In this document: in pieces, positions 44,977-53,618 of the stretch
Numbering within the stretch: position 1 is the stretch's first letter
Layout: each line of letters begins with the position of its first letter
Source: Planctomycetota bacterium
GTDB taxonomy: Bacteria > Planctomycetota > JAJSAM01 > JAJVHW01
Direction of reading: 5' to 3'
Length of the DNA stretch: 64,000 nt
Assembly: GCA_965248445.1 (NCBI GenBank)
Contig: CBDFJG010000003.1
Location: 992,001-1,056,000, forward strand
Notes under the pieces: model-generated
What the model was told of the DNA's origin: nothing
The model's database searches: none
What the model saw: only the letters and a program-made list of their open reading frames with translations
Position numbers and translations under genes: made by a program

Positions 44977-46439
44977 CCGTTCACCCCTTCGTCGCGAGCC
45001 AGGATCCAGATCGTTCGGCCATCGGTCGATCAAGATGTTGTGGGCGAGCGGCAGGACGAGGATCTGCGGGCGATGGTCGAGGGCCTTCTGGCCTGGATCG
45101 AGGAGCTGGAGCGTCGCGAAGCGAAGCATCTGCGCCGCATCGACGAGCTCGAGTCGCGTCTGAAGCGTGACTCCCGCAACAGCTCGAGGCCTCCGTCGTC
45201 GGACCCGGCGTGGTCCAAGCGCCGTCGCGGCCGAAGGCCGCGTAGCGGTCGCAAGCAGGGCGGACAGCCGGGCCATGAGGGCACGGCGCGCGAGCTGGTG
45301 GATCCGTCCAACGTCGATGAGACCAAGGAGCACCGTCCCGACCTCTGCGACGCGTGCGGACACGACGATCTCGAGCAGGGCATCGGCGATCCGTACCGGC
45401 ACCAGGTGACGGTGCTCCCGCGCGTGCTCGTCACGGTGCGGGAGCACCGGCTGCACAAGGCGCGGTGCCGGCGCTGTCGTGCGGTCACGACGGCGGTCCT
45501 GCCCGATGGCGTGCCGACCGGGGCCTTCGGTCCGCGGCTGACCACACTTGCCGGCGCGCTGCGCGGCGTGTACCGCGTGAGCGTGCGGGAGACGCAGCGG
45601 CTGCTCGGTGAGATCTTCGGTGTGAAGATGTCGCTGGGCAAGATCAGCGACTGTGAGCGTCGGCTCAGTGACGCTCTGCACTCGTCGTACCTCGAAGCCC
45701 TCGGGGCAGTCCGCACGTCGCTGCGAGCCAACGTGGACGAGACGTCGTGGAAGGAACGGGGCCGGGTGTGCTGGCTGTGGGCGGCGGAGAGCGAGCACGC
45801 CACAGCCTTCGGGATCGATCGCCGCCGCAGTGCCAAGGCGAAAGGGCGGCTGATCGGGCGGCGCTTCGGTGGCACGGTGATCAGCGACCGGATGGGTGCC
45901 TACGAGTCACACCCACTTGCCCGCCGCCAGCTCTGCTGGGCGCACATCGAGCGCGCCTTCCGTGCGCTGGCCGAAGGCCCGCGAGGACATCGCCGCTTCG
46001 GCAACAAGGGCGTCATGATCGCGCAGTCGGTCATGCGCAGCTACCGGCTCTTCGGTGAGCACGGCGACCGTGACCGGCTGCAAGGCGAAGCCGCTGTGCT
46101 GCGCGGACGGCTCGAGCGACTGATCGCGAACGACGACTCGGCTCTGGCCAACCATCTGCGCCCCCGCGTGGTCGCCCTCTTCACCTATGCGCGGACCCAG
46201 GACGTGAGTCCGACGAACAACGCCGCCGAGCGCGCGGTCCGCAAAGCGGTGCTCTGGCGCAAGGGCTCCTTCGGAAGCCAGTCCGCTCGCGGACTCCGCT
46301 TCGCCGAGCGCGTGTTGACCGCCGCGGCCACGCTGCGACGCCGTGGCGACCAAGTCTTCGACTTCCTCGCCGACTCGGTCGCCGCGCACCTCACCGGCGC
46401 CGACCCGCCCGTCATGGTCCCGCTGCCCGTCGCACGCTG
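44973..46439 (+). mobile_element. IS66-family (single-ORF, ISBst12-like) element 1; right end missing or interrupted
   Basis: Left end GTAACCGTTCAC; transposase follows; no matching right IR seen. Confidence 0.75.
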
Positions 46440-46464
46440 GTACCCGTTCAGCCCTTGGTTCTGA
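45040..46464 (+). CDS. IS66-family transposase
   Basis: NSSRPPSSD, GGQPGHEG, CxxC zinc motifs, DET, SDR, QLCWAH, TNNAAER. The last codons read into element 2. Confidence 0.9.
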   Translation: MGERQDEDLRAMVEGLLAWIEELERREAKHLRRIDELESRLKRDSRNSSRPPSSDPAWSKRRRGRRPRSGRKQGGQPGHEGTARELVDPSNVDETKEHRPDLCDACGHDDLEQGIGDPYRHQVTVLPRVLVTVREHRLHKARCRRCRAVTTAVLPDGVPTGAFGPRLTTLAGALRGVYRVSVRETQRLLGEIFGVKMSLGKISDCERRLSDALHSSYLEALGAVRTSLRANVDETSWKERGRVCWLWAAESEHATAFGIDRRRSAKAKGRLIGRRFGGTVISDRMGAYESHPLARRQLCWAHIERAFRALAEGPRGHRRFGNKGVMIAQSVMRSYRLFGEHGDRDRLQGEAAVLRGRLERLIANDDSALANHLRPRVVALFTYARTQDVSPTNNAAERAVRKAVLWRKGSFGSQSARGLRFAERVLTAAATLRRRGDQVFDFLADSVAAHLTGADPPVMVPLPVARWYPFSPWF

Positions 46465-47971
46465 GCTCGGATCCAGATCGCTTTCCGTTCGGTCGATGAA
46501 TCGGATGTGGGCACCGATGAGCTGCGTGATCTGGTCGAGCGCCTGACCCGTCGTCTGGACGCTCGGGACGAGACGATTGCCGAGCAGGCGGAGGTGATCG
46601 AGCGGCAGGCGGCACGGATCGACGATCTCGAGAGCCGTCTTCGCCGGGACTCCCGCACCTCCTCGCGCCCACCGTCCTCGGATCCGTCGTGGTCCAAGAA
46701 GCGGCGGCGGCGCAAGCCGCCGTCGGACAAGCGCCAGGGTGCGCAGCCCGGCCACAAAGGGGCGACGCGCAAGCTCGTGGACGAGTCCGAGGTCGATGGC
46801 GTAGAGGACCACCGCCCGCGCGAGTGCAGCGCGTGTGGGAGCGACGTGCTCGTCCCGATCGATCGCGCCCCGACACGCCAGCAGGTCTTCGAGGTCCCGC
46901 CACGGCTGATCCAGGTGACCGAGCACCGGTTGCACCGGGCACGGTGCACGGACTGTGGCGCCACGTCCACTGCCTCGCTGCCAAGCGGTGTGACGGCGAG
47001 TCCCTTCGGCCCGCGACTCTGTGCGCTCACCGCGGCTCTGGTCGGCGTCTTCCGCCTGTCGCGGCGCGAGACCAGTCGTCTGTTGCGTGACGTCATCGGC
47101 GTCTCGATGTCACCGGGCACGGTCAGTGCGATCGAGGAGCGGGTGTCGGGAGCCATCTCCTCAGCGCACATCGAGGCCCTCGGGGCCGTACGCACGAGCA
47201 GCGTCGCCTATGTAGACGAGACACCGTGGTCGCGTCGTGGCACGCTGCATTGGCTGTGGAGCGCGGTCTGTGAGCACGCCACGGTCCATCGTATCGATCG
47301 GCGCAGGAGCGCCAAGGCCATGCGGCGACTCGTGGGCAAGCGCTTCAGGGGCGTCCTCGTGACCGACCGTATGGGCGCTTACGACCAGCATCCCACCGAG
47401 CGCCGCCAGATCTGCTGGGCGCATCTCGAGAGGGACTTTCGAGCGCTGGCCGAGGGCTCGCGCGGCGGCCGGCGCTTCGGCAAGCAGGCCGTGCGTCTCG
47501 CCCAGGCTGTCATGCGAGCTCAGCGTCACTTCGGCGAGCACGGGGACCGCGACCGCATGCGGCGTGAGCTGCGTCTCACATGGGACCGACTCCTGACGCT
47601 GCTCGTGCGCGGCGCAGACAGCAAGCACCGCCGAGTACGCGGAACGACTCGGCATCTGCTCGACCGAGCGGAGGCTCTGTGGACCTTCGCCGACGTCCCT
47701 GGCGTCTCCCCGACGAACAACGCCGCTGAGCGCGCGGTGCGCAAGCCGGTCCTGTGGAGACGCGCAACGCACGGAAGTCAGAGCGAGCGCGGACTCCGCT
47801 TCGTCGAGCGCATCCTGACCGTCACCGCCACGCTCCGCCAGCGTGGCGAGAGCGTCTTCGATTACCTCGCAGACGTCAGCGCGGCACTCGCGCACAACCG
47901 CTCGCCGCCGGCTCTCGTCGCGCTCCCGATCACGCGCTGAGGCCGCGGATCGTCATACCCTGAACGGGTAC
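46440..47971 (+). mobile_element. IS66-family (single-ORF) element 2, complete
   Basis: 12-bp perfect terminal IRs GTACCCGTTCAG (46440-46451) / CTGAACGGGTAC (47960-47971); no flanking direct repeat. Confidence 0.85.
46507..47940 (+). CDS. IS66-family transposase
   Basis: TSSRPPSSD, GAQPGHKG, DET, TDR, QICWAH, TNNAAER. Confidence 0.9.
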   Translation: MGTDELRDLVERLTRRLDARDETIAEQAEVIERQAARIDDLESRLRRDSRTSSRPPSSDPSWSKKRRRRKPPSDKRQGAQPGHKGATRKLVDESEVDGVEDHRPRECSACGSDVLVPIDRAPTRQQVFEVPPRLIQVTEHRLHRARCTDCGATSTASLPSGVTASPFGPRLCALTAALVGVFRLSRRETSRLLRDVIGVSMSPGTVSAIEERVSGAISSAHIEALGAVRTSSVAYVDETPWSRRGTLHWLWSAVCEHATVHRIDRRRSAKAMRRLVGKRFRGVLVTDRMGAYDQHPTERRQICWAHLERDFRALAEGSRGGRRFGKQAVRLAQAVMRAQRHFGEHGDRDRMRRELRLTWDRLLTLLVRGADSKHRRVRGTTRHLLDRAEALWTFADVPGVSPTNNAAERAVRKPVLWRRATHGSQSERGLRFVERILTVTATLRQRGESVFDYLADVSAALAHNRSPPALVALPITR

Positions 47972-48056
47972 AGGCGCGCTTCGCTTGAAAGCGCTGCCCT
48001 ATCGAGTGGTCCTTCCGCCGCGCCTCTCCGGGGAGCCTGAGGGGCTCCCCACGCGA

Positions 48057-48203
48057 CTACTTCTTCTTGGGCATGATCTTGAACATGCCGGTGCCGCAGG
48101 TCGCGCACTTCCCCTTCATGGCCTTCTTGCCGTTCTTCATGGTCACCTCTTGGGTGTTCTCCATCTGGCGCTTGGCGCGACACTTGACGCAATAGCCTTC
48201 CAT
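48057..48203 (-). CDS. Small basic zinc-ribbon protein (DUF5679-like), 48 aa; below the ORF-track cutoff
   Basis: MEGYCVKCRAKRQMENTQEVTMKNGKKAMKGKCATCGTGMFKIMPKKK; RBS GGAGG; two CxxC. Confidence 0.85.
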   Translation of the reverse strand: MEGYCVKCRAKRQMENTQEVTMKNGKKAMKGKCATCGTGMFKIMPKKK

Positions 48204-48414
48204 GGCTTCCTCCGGGGTCTTGCGACCTTCGTGAACACGGAATCGACCCCTGCCGCACGGCCGAGGTCAGTCCGAGCCTGAACGAGGCTACACGCGCCCG
48301 GGGACTACGACGCGGAATCCAGGCTCGGGCGAGGCTGAGGGGTCGCCCGGCCCAGGCCAGGCGATCCTCCGCCGCGGCTCCCCGCCCCGTCTGCAGGACC
48401 CGTTCTGCGGTCGT

Positions 48415-48966
48415 TCAGCGCCGCGCGGCCGCGGCGATCGCTGCGCTGTTCTTGCTGAACCGGATGTCCTTGGAGTCGGCGTACTCCATGAGCTCCTCCA
48501 CCATGCTGCGGTGGATCAGGCCCTCCTCGGCGAGCAGGCGGAGGAAGATCCGGCCCTCTCGGTTGTCGATGCGCGACGAGGCCTGGTTGAAGAAGCGCGT
48601 CGAGAGTTGCTCAGCCTTGAGGATGCAGGTCACGGCGACGTCCATCGAGCCGCGGTCCTTGACCTCGAGGAACGTGAAGTACTCCTTGAGCCGCTTCTTT
48701 TCATCGCCGAGCAACTCGATCGCCGCGGTCCCCACCAGCTCGCGCCGGTACTTGCGCAGGATCTTGCGGTGATCGCGCTCCTCCGAGGCCATCAGGCGGA
48801 AGCGCTGCTTCATGATGGCGTCGCTGACCACCTTCGAGAGGAACTCGTAGTACTGGGACGTGAGCGTCTTCCAGAAGATGGACTGGTCGAGGATGCTCTT
48901 GGTGTCCCCGAGTTCAGTGGTGCCGTCGTCGCTCATCTCGGACTCTGCGATCCTGGTCTCCGTCAT
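48415..48966 (-). CDS. Ferritin/rubrerythrin-like four-helix protein
   Basis: Two ExxH-type motifs (SEERDH, AEEGLIH); YYE...F and AE...FF helix pattern. Confidence 0.65.
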   Translation of the reverse strand: MTETRIAESEMSDDGTTELGDTKSILDQSIFWKTLTSQYYEFLSKVVSDAIMKQRFRLMASEERDHRKILRKYRRELVGTAAIELLGDEKKRLKEYFTFLEVKDRGSMDVAVTCILKAEQLSTRFFNQASSRIDNREGRIFLRLLAEEGLIHRSMVEELMEYADSKDIRFSKNSAAIAAAARR

Positions 48967-49258
48967 CACGGCCGTGCGGAGCACCGCCATGCGCTCCCAG
49001 GGGCAATTGGGCACTCTAGGAGCGACGCCTGAGCCTCAAGCCTCCAGCCTGAGAGCTCACCCCGACAGCCTTGTACAGAACGAGCGGGTCAGGCGTCTCG
49101 CGTGAACTTCTGCCGTCCGTTCGATCGAAGTCCCGAATCGTAGGTCGCCTGAGGCCGCTGTAAAGCGAAAAGCGGAACAGGCGAGCCTGGCACTCTGCCT
49201 CACTCGGTCCGAAACGCGGAGGCGCCGCGGGAGCTTCCCGGATACGGGGCCCGGCTAG

Positions 49259-50927
49259 CCGCATCTGTTCACGAGACGTCGCGATGACGGTGCTTTCGGA
49301 GTCCACAGGGTCAGATCTTGGCCAGGCGAGGGCGGATGCTGTCGTCGTTGCCACAAGGGCAACGCGAGTGAGCGGCCGAAACGGCGCGGATTCTGCGGTG
49401 TGGGCAGACCGTAGGCCGGGCGGTGGTGTGGCGGACGGCGCGGCGGGACGTCAGGTCGGCTTCGGGGATGCCAGCAGTCGTTGCGCGCAGCGCTCGAAGA
49501 CGTGCTGCCAGGGCCACGACGAGGACATCGAGACCCAGATCCGGCGCGTCGTGATCCGCACGAGCGCGCCGATCTTGAGCAGCCGCAGGCGGATCGTGCC
49601 GGCTTGCGCACGCGCCATCTCGGTGCCGGCGAGACCGATGCGTCGCAGCGCACAGGTCAGGACGTAGGCCATGGCCGACATGGCCATCCGCACGGCGTTG
49701 CCCTGCATCGTGTGCACCGACAGACGGGTGCCGAAGAGCTCGAGCTGCTGCTCCTTGATGCGATTCTCCGCCTCGCCCCGGGCGCAGTAGAGCTGCTCGT
49801 AGAGACGCTTGCTGCTCCAGCTACGAGGCGGCAGATTGGTCACCACGAAGCGGGGATTGCGCTTGCCGCCCGGCAGGTGCTCGGCCTTGGCGACCACGCG
49901 ACGCCTCTGGCTCCAGCTCCCCAGCGTGGTCCAGGCAAAGTCGCGAAAGACCCGGGCTGCTCGGCCGGTCTGCACGGCACGGGCTGCGGCCTCATCGAGC
50001 GCGTCTTCGACGTGTCGCTCAAGGCGCTCATTGCGCGCCATGCCCAGCAGGTAGAAGTGGCCGGCGGCCTCGCACCAGGCCATCAGCTCCTCGCGGCAAA
50101 AGCCCGAGTCTGCGCGCACGAGCACCTTGGCCCGGGGCCAGCGGCGCCGCAGACGTAAGACCAGCGCACGGAGCTCGTCCACGACTCCGCGCGCGGGATC
50201 TCTGTCAGCGGTCTGGAGCCGAGCGAGCAAGAGGTGCTCGCCGCAGAAGACGTACAGCGGCAGGTAGCAGTAGTGCCCGTAGTAGCCGTGGAAGAAGCGG
50301 CCCTCCTGCCGGCCGTGCAGCCGCACGTCGGAGTGGTCCAGGTCCAGCACGAGCAGGCCCGGATCCTCCGGCCCCATGGCCTCGCAGAAGACGTCGCTGA
50401 GCACGCTGTCCACGCGCTCCTGGTCCATCTCGATCTTGGCGTAGCGCGTCTGTGCCGTGGCGCCGAGCTGCGTGGTCTCGAGCCGCGAGAGCGTCGGGTG
50501 CGTGGCCAGAGCACCCTCGCGCTTGCCGCACGCCGCGGCAAACAGCGGGTCCTTGCCGACATGGTCGTGGTCCACCAGATCCTCGTAGCCCGCGCACAGC
50601 CCGAAGACCCGCTGACGCAGCATCTGGCCGACCGTGTGCTCGACCCGACGCGGGTCCCGGTGGTCCCCGAAGCAGCGCGCAAACCGCGAGAGCAGATCGA
50701 TGCGACGATCGACCCGCTCGAGCAGCAGCACGCCCCCGTCGCTCGTCACGGTACCGGCGTCGAAGCGCGTCACCGCGGTGCGTCCACAGATGCCCGCGAA
50801 GAGGGTCCCCTGCGGGCTACAGTCTGTCGTCATCGGGCCGGCGCTCCTGTCGGTGCAAGTACTAGCGAGTACGAGCACTTAGACAGACGACGGCCCGCTC
50901 AGATTCCCGGCTGGTGAACGATTCGGG
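49259..50927 (-). mobile_element. IS1380-family element, copy 1 (1669 bp) flanked by CTAG
   Basis: Ends ccgcatctgttcac...gtgaacgattcggg (imperfect IR); CTAG at 49255-49258 and 50928-50931. Confidence 0.85.
49451..50833 (-). CDS. IS1380-family transposase (DDE_Tnp_1_4)
   Basis: TSDGG, GYED, HGRQEGRFFHGYY, RADSGF, YCARGEAENRIKE. Confidence 0.92.
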   Translation of the reverse strand: MTTDCSPQGTLFAGICGRTAVTRFDAGTVTSDGGVLLLERVDRRIDLLSRFARCFGDHRDPRRVEHTVGQMLRQRVFGLCAGYEDLVDHDHVGKDPLFAAACGKREGALATHPTLSRLETTQLGATAQTRYAKIEMDQERVDSVLSDVFCEAMGPEDPGLLVLDLDHSDVRLHGRQEGRFFHGYYGHYCYLPLYVFCGEHLLLARLQTADRDPARGVVDELRALVLRLRRRWPRAKVLVRADSGFCREELMAWCEAAGHFYLLGMARNERLERHVEDALDEAAARAVQTGRAARVFRDFAWTTLGSWSQRRRVVAKAEHLPGGKRNPRFVVTNLPPRSWSSKRLYEQLYCARGEAENRIKEQQLELFGTRLSVHTMQGNAVRMAMSAMAYVLTCALRRIGLAGTEMARAQAGTIRLRLLKIGALVRITTRRIWVSMSSSWPWQHVFERCAQRLLASPKPT

Positions 50928-50931
50928 CTAG

Positions 50932-52600
50932 CCGCATCTGTTCACGAGACGTCGCGATGACGGTGCTTTCGGAGTCCACAGGGTCAGATCTTGGCCAGGC
51001 GAGGGCGGATGCTGTCGTCGTTGCCACAAGGGCAACGCGAGTGAGCGGCCGAAACGGCGCGGATTCTGCGGTGTGGGCAGACCGTAGGCCGGGCGGTGGT
51101 GTGGCGGACGGCGCGGCGGGACGTCAGGTCGGCTTCGGGGATGCCAGCAGTCGTTGCGCGCAGCGCTCGAAGACGTGCTGCCAGGGCCACGACGAGGACA
51201 TCGAGACCCAGATCCGGCGCGTCGTGATCCGCACGAGCGCGCCGATCTTGAGCAGCCGCAGGCGGATCGTGCCGGCTTGCGCACGCGCCATCTCGGTGCC
51301 GGCGAGACCGATGCGTCGCAGCGCACAGGTCAGGACGTAGGCCATGGCCGACATGGCCATCCGCACGGCGTTGCCCTGCATCGTGTGCACCGACAGACGG
51401 GTGCCGAAGAGCTCGAGCTGCTGCTCCTTGATGCGATTCTCCGCCTCGCCCCGGGCGCAGTAGAGCTGCTCGTAGAGACGCTTGCTGCTCCAGCTACGAG
51501 GCGGCAGATTGGTCACCACGAAGCGGGGATTGCGCTTGCCGCCCGGCAGGTGCTCGGCCTTGGCGACCACGCGACGCCTCTGGCTCCAGCTCCCCAGCGT
51601 GGTCCAGGCAAAGTCGCGAAAGACCCGGGCTGCTCGGCCGGTCTGCACGGCACGGGCTGCGGCCTCATCGAGCGCGTCTTCGACGTGTCGCTCAAGGCGC
51701 TCATTGCGCGCCATGCCCAGCAGGTAGAAGTGGCCGGCGGCCTCGCACCAGGCCATCAGCTCCTCGCGGCAAAAGCCCGAGTCTGCGCGCACGAGCACCT
51801 TGGCCCGGGGCCAGCGGCGCCGCAGACGTAAGACCAGCGCACGGAGCTCGTCCACGACTCCGCGCGCGGGATCTCTGTCAGCGGTCTGGAGCCGAGCGAG
51901 CAAGAGGTGCTCGCCGCAGAAGACGTACAGCGGCAGGTAGCAGTAGTGCCCGTAGTAGCCGTGGAAGAAGCGGCCCTCCTGCCGGCCGTGCAGCCGCACG
52001 TCGGAGTGGTCCAGGTCCAGCACGAGCAGGCCCGGATCCTCCGGCCCCATGGCCTCGCAGAAGACGTCGCTGAGCACGCTGTCCACGCGCTCCTGGTCCA
52101 TCTCGATCTTGGCGTAGCGCGTCTGTGCCGTGGCGCCGAGCTGCGTGGTCTCGAGCCGCGAGAGCGTCGGGTGCGTGGCCAGAGCACCCTCGCGCTTGCC
52201 GCACGCCGCGGCAAACAGCGGGTCCTTGCCGACATGGTCGTGGTCCACCAGATCCTCGTAGCCCGCGCACAGCCCGAAGACCCGCTGACGCAGCATCTGG
52301 CCGACCGTGTGCTCGACCCGACGCGGGTCCCGGTGGTCCCCGAAGCAGCGCGCAAACCGCGAGAGCAGATCGATGCGACGATCGGTCCGCTCGAGCAGCA
52401 GCACGCCCCCGTCGCTCGTCACGGTACCGGCGTCGAAGCGCGTCACCGCGGTGCGTCCACAGATGCCCGCGAAGAGGGTCCCCTGCGGGCTACAGTCTGT
52501 CGTCATCGGGCCGGCGCTCCTGTCGGTGCAAGTACTAGCGAGTACGAGCACTTAGACAGACGACGGCCCGCTCAGATTCCCGGCTGGTGAACGATTCGGG
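50932..52600 (-). mobile_element. IS1380-family element, copy 2 (tandem direct copy)
   Basis: Near-identical at an offset of 1673 bp; CTAG at 50928-50931 and 52601-52604. Confidence 0.85.
51124..52506 (-). CDS. IS1380-family transposase
   Basis: Identical to copy 1 except V->T (ERVD/ERTD). Confidence 0.92.
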   Translation of the reverse strand: MTTDCSPQGTLFAGICGRTAVTRFDAGTVTSDGGVLLLERTDRRIDLLSRFARCFGDHRDPRRVEHTVGQMLRQRVFGLCAGYEDLVDHDHVGKDPLFAAACGKREGALATHPTLSRLETTQLGATAQTRYAKIEMDQERVDSVLSDVFCEAMGPEDPGLLVLDLDHSDVRLHGRQEGRFFHGYYGHYCYLPLYVFCGEHLLLARLQTADRDPARGVVDELRALVLRLRRRWPRAKVLVRADSGFCREELMAWCEAAGHFYLLGMARNERLERHVEDALDEAAARAVQTGRAARVFRDFAWTTLGSWSQRRRVVAKAEHLPGGKRNPRFVVTNLPPRSWSSKRLYEQLYCARGEAENRIKEQQLELFGTRLSVHTMQGNAVRMAMSAMAYVLTCALRRIGLAGTEMARAQAGTIRLRLLKIGALVRITTRRIWVSMSSSWPWQHVFERCAQRLLASPKPT

Positions 52601-52643
52601 CTAGAAGCGTTAGGCGTGTCAGCCCACGCACGGGTAGCCACCC

Positions 52644-52686
52644 TTTCGTAAAGCGGGGGTCGTCGGTTCGAATCCGACCGCGGGCT
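52644..52686 (+). tRNA. 3' half of tRNA-Thr(CGT) (fragment/pseudo-tRNA, att-like)
   Basis: Loop TTCGTAA, 3' anticodon stem AGCGG, variable GGGTC, T arm GTCGG-TTCGAAT-CCGAC, acceptor strand CGCGGGC-T; no proper D arm upstream. Confidence 0.8.
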
Positions 52687-52740
52687 CGCGTGGCGCGTGG
52701 ATCGCGGGGCGATCCGCGCGCCACGCTCCCCGCGGGCGTC

Positions 52741-52911
52741 TCCCTCCTCCGCGGTCTCCGACCGCTACGGAGGGCTGCGGTCACGCCGCTCGCTACGCGA
52801 CCGTCGCGCCCGTGAGTGAGCGGCGCGCGGAGCGCCGCGAACGAACGCCTGCGACCCAAGTCCGCGTGCCAGCGGACGAGGGGGCAGAAGCCGTGAACAA
52901 CGGCTTCTGCA
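52741..52911. repeat. Modular REP-like structured repeat, copy 1
   Basis: 54-nt module shared with 60989-61042; about 110-nt module shared, inverted, with 61082-61195. Confidence 0.75.
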
Positions 52912-53048
52912 GCGGGACGCAGTTCGCAACTCGGGCGTCAGCTGAGTCGTGAGGCGCTGGCGCGCCTGCGAACCCGGATCGCGGATCGCGCGGCGAGTGC
53001 GAGGCAGATCGGCGGACGCGGCTGCGTCTGCGTTCGGCGGCGCGCCAG

Positions 53049-53483
53049 CTATGCCGTGGGCTGGGCGGTGGGCTGGGCGGCGACTTCGCTCTCGGGCGTC
53101 GGTGCGCCGGCGGGGGCGTTGTCGAGCGTCTTCTTCGCGGCGCGGAAGAAGTCCACGGCGGTCACGGGCATGTTGATCAGCGTCGAGATGCCGATCTCGG
53201 CGCGCTCCTTCGCGAAGAAGCGGGCCTGGTTCTTGCCGCGCGTGATCAGCCAGAGTTCCGCGTCCGGCTGCAGTGCGCGCACCTGGCGCAGGAACTCGAT
53301 GCCGTCGGAGCCGTCGCCGAGGGCCGTGTCGGCGATGACGAGACCGAACGCGCGCTCTTTCGCCATCTCGAGACCCCACCCGTCCGTGACGATCTCCACG
53401 TCGACTGCCTGGGTTTGGTCGAGTCCCGTCTTGATGACGTCTCGGGCGACACGATCACCGGTCACGAGCAGGCACTGCATCAT
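53049..53483 (-). CDS. Single-domain response-regulator receiver (atypical)
   Basis: Receiver fold pattern (LVIADT, DGIEFLRQVR, LWLIT); lacks the acidic pocket DD and the conserved Lys. Confidence 0.7.
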   Translation of the reverse strand: MMQCLLVTGDRVARDVIKTGLDQTQAVDVEIVTDGWGLEMAKERAFGLVIADTALGDGSDGIEFLRQVRALQPDAELWLITRGKNQARFFAKERAEIGISTLINMPVTAVDFFRAAKKTLDNAPAGAPTPESEVAAQPTAQPTA

Positions 53484-53618
53484 CACGCACCTCCAGGGGG
53501 CGTCGGAACCCCGCCATACCATCGGCGCTCCGCTCCGCCGAACCTGAGTCCGCCTCCAGGCTGGTCGGCGGACAGGCTGGTTCAGCGAGGCGGAAAGGCT
53601 GGCGGAGGCAGAACGCGC

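Noticed and set aside
48278..48291. CTGAACGAGGCTAC as the missing right IR of IS66 element 1
   Set aside because: Poor match needing indels, no TSD, and it would enclose a host gene.
49016..49354. 112-aa ORF crossing the IS1380 end
   Set aside because: Chimeric across the IS junction, atypical composition and no recognisable motif.
52622..52690. Complete functional tRNA-Thr
   Set aside because: No D arm, mismatched anticodon stem and a 5' portion about 7 nt too short; reported as a fragment.
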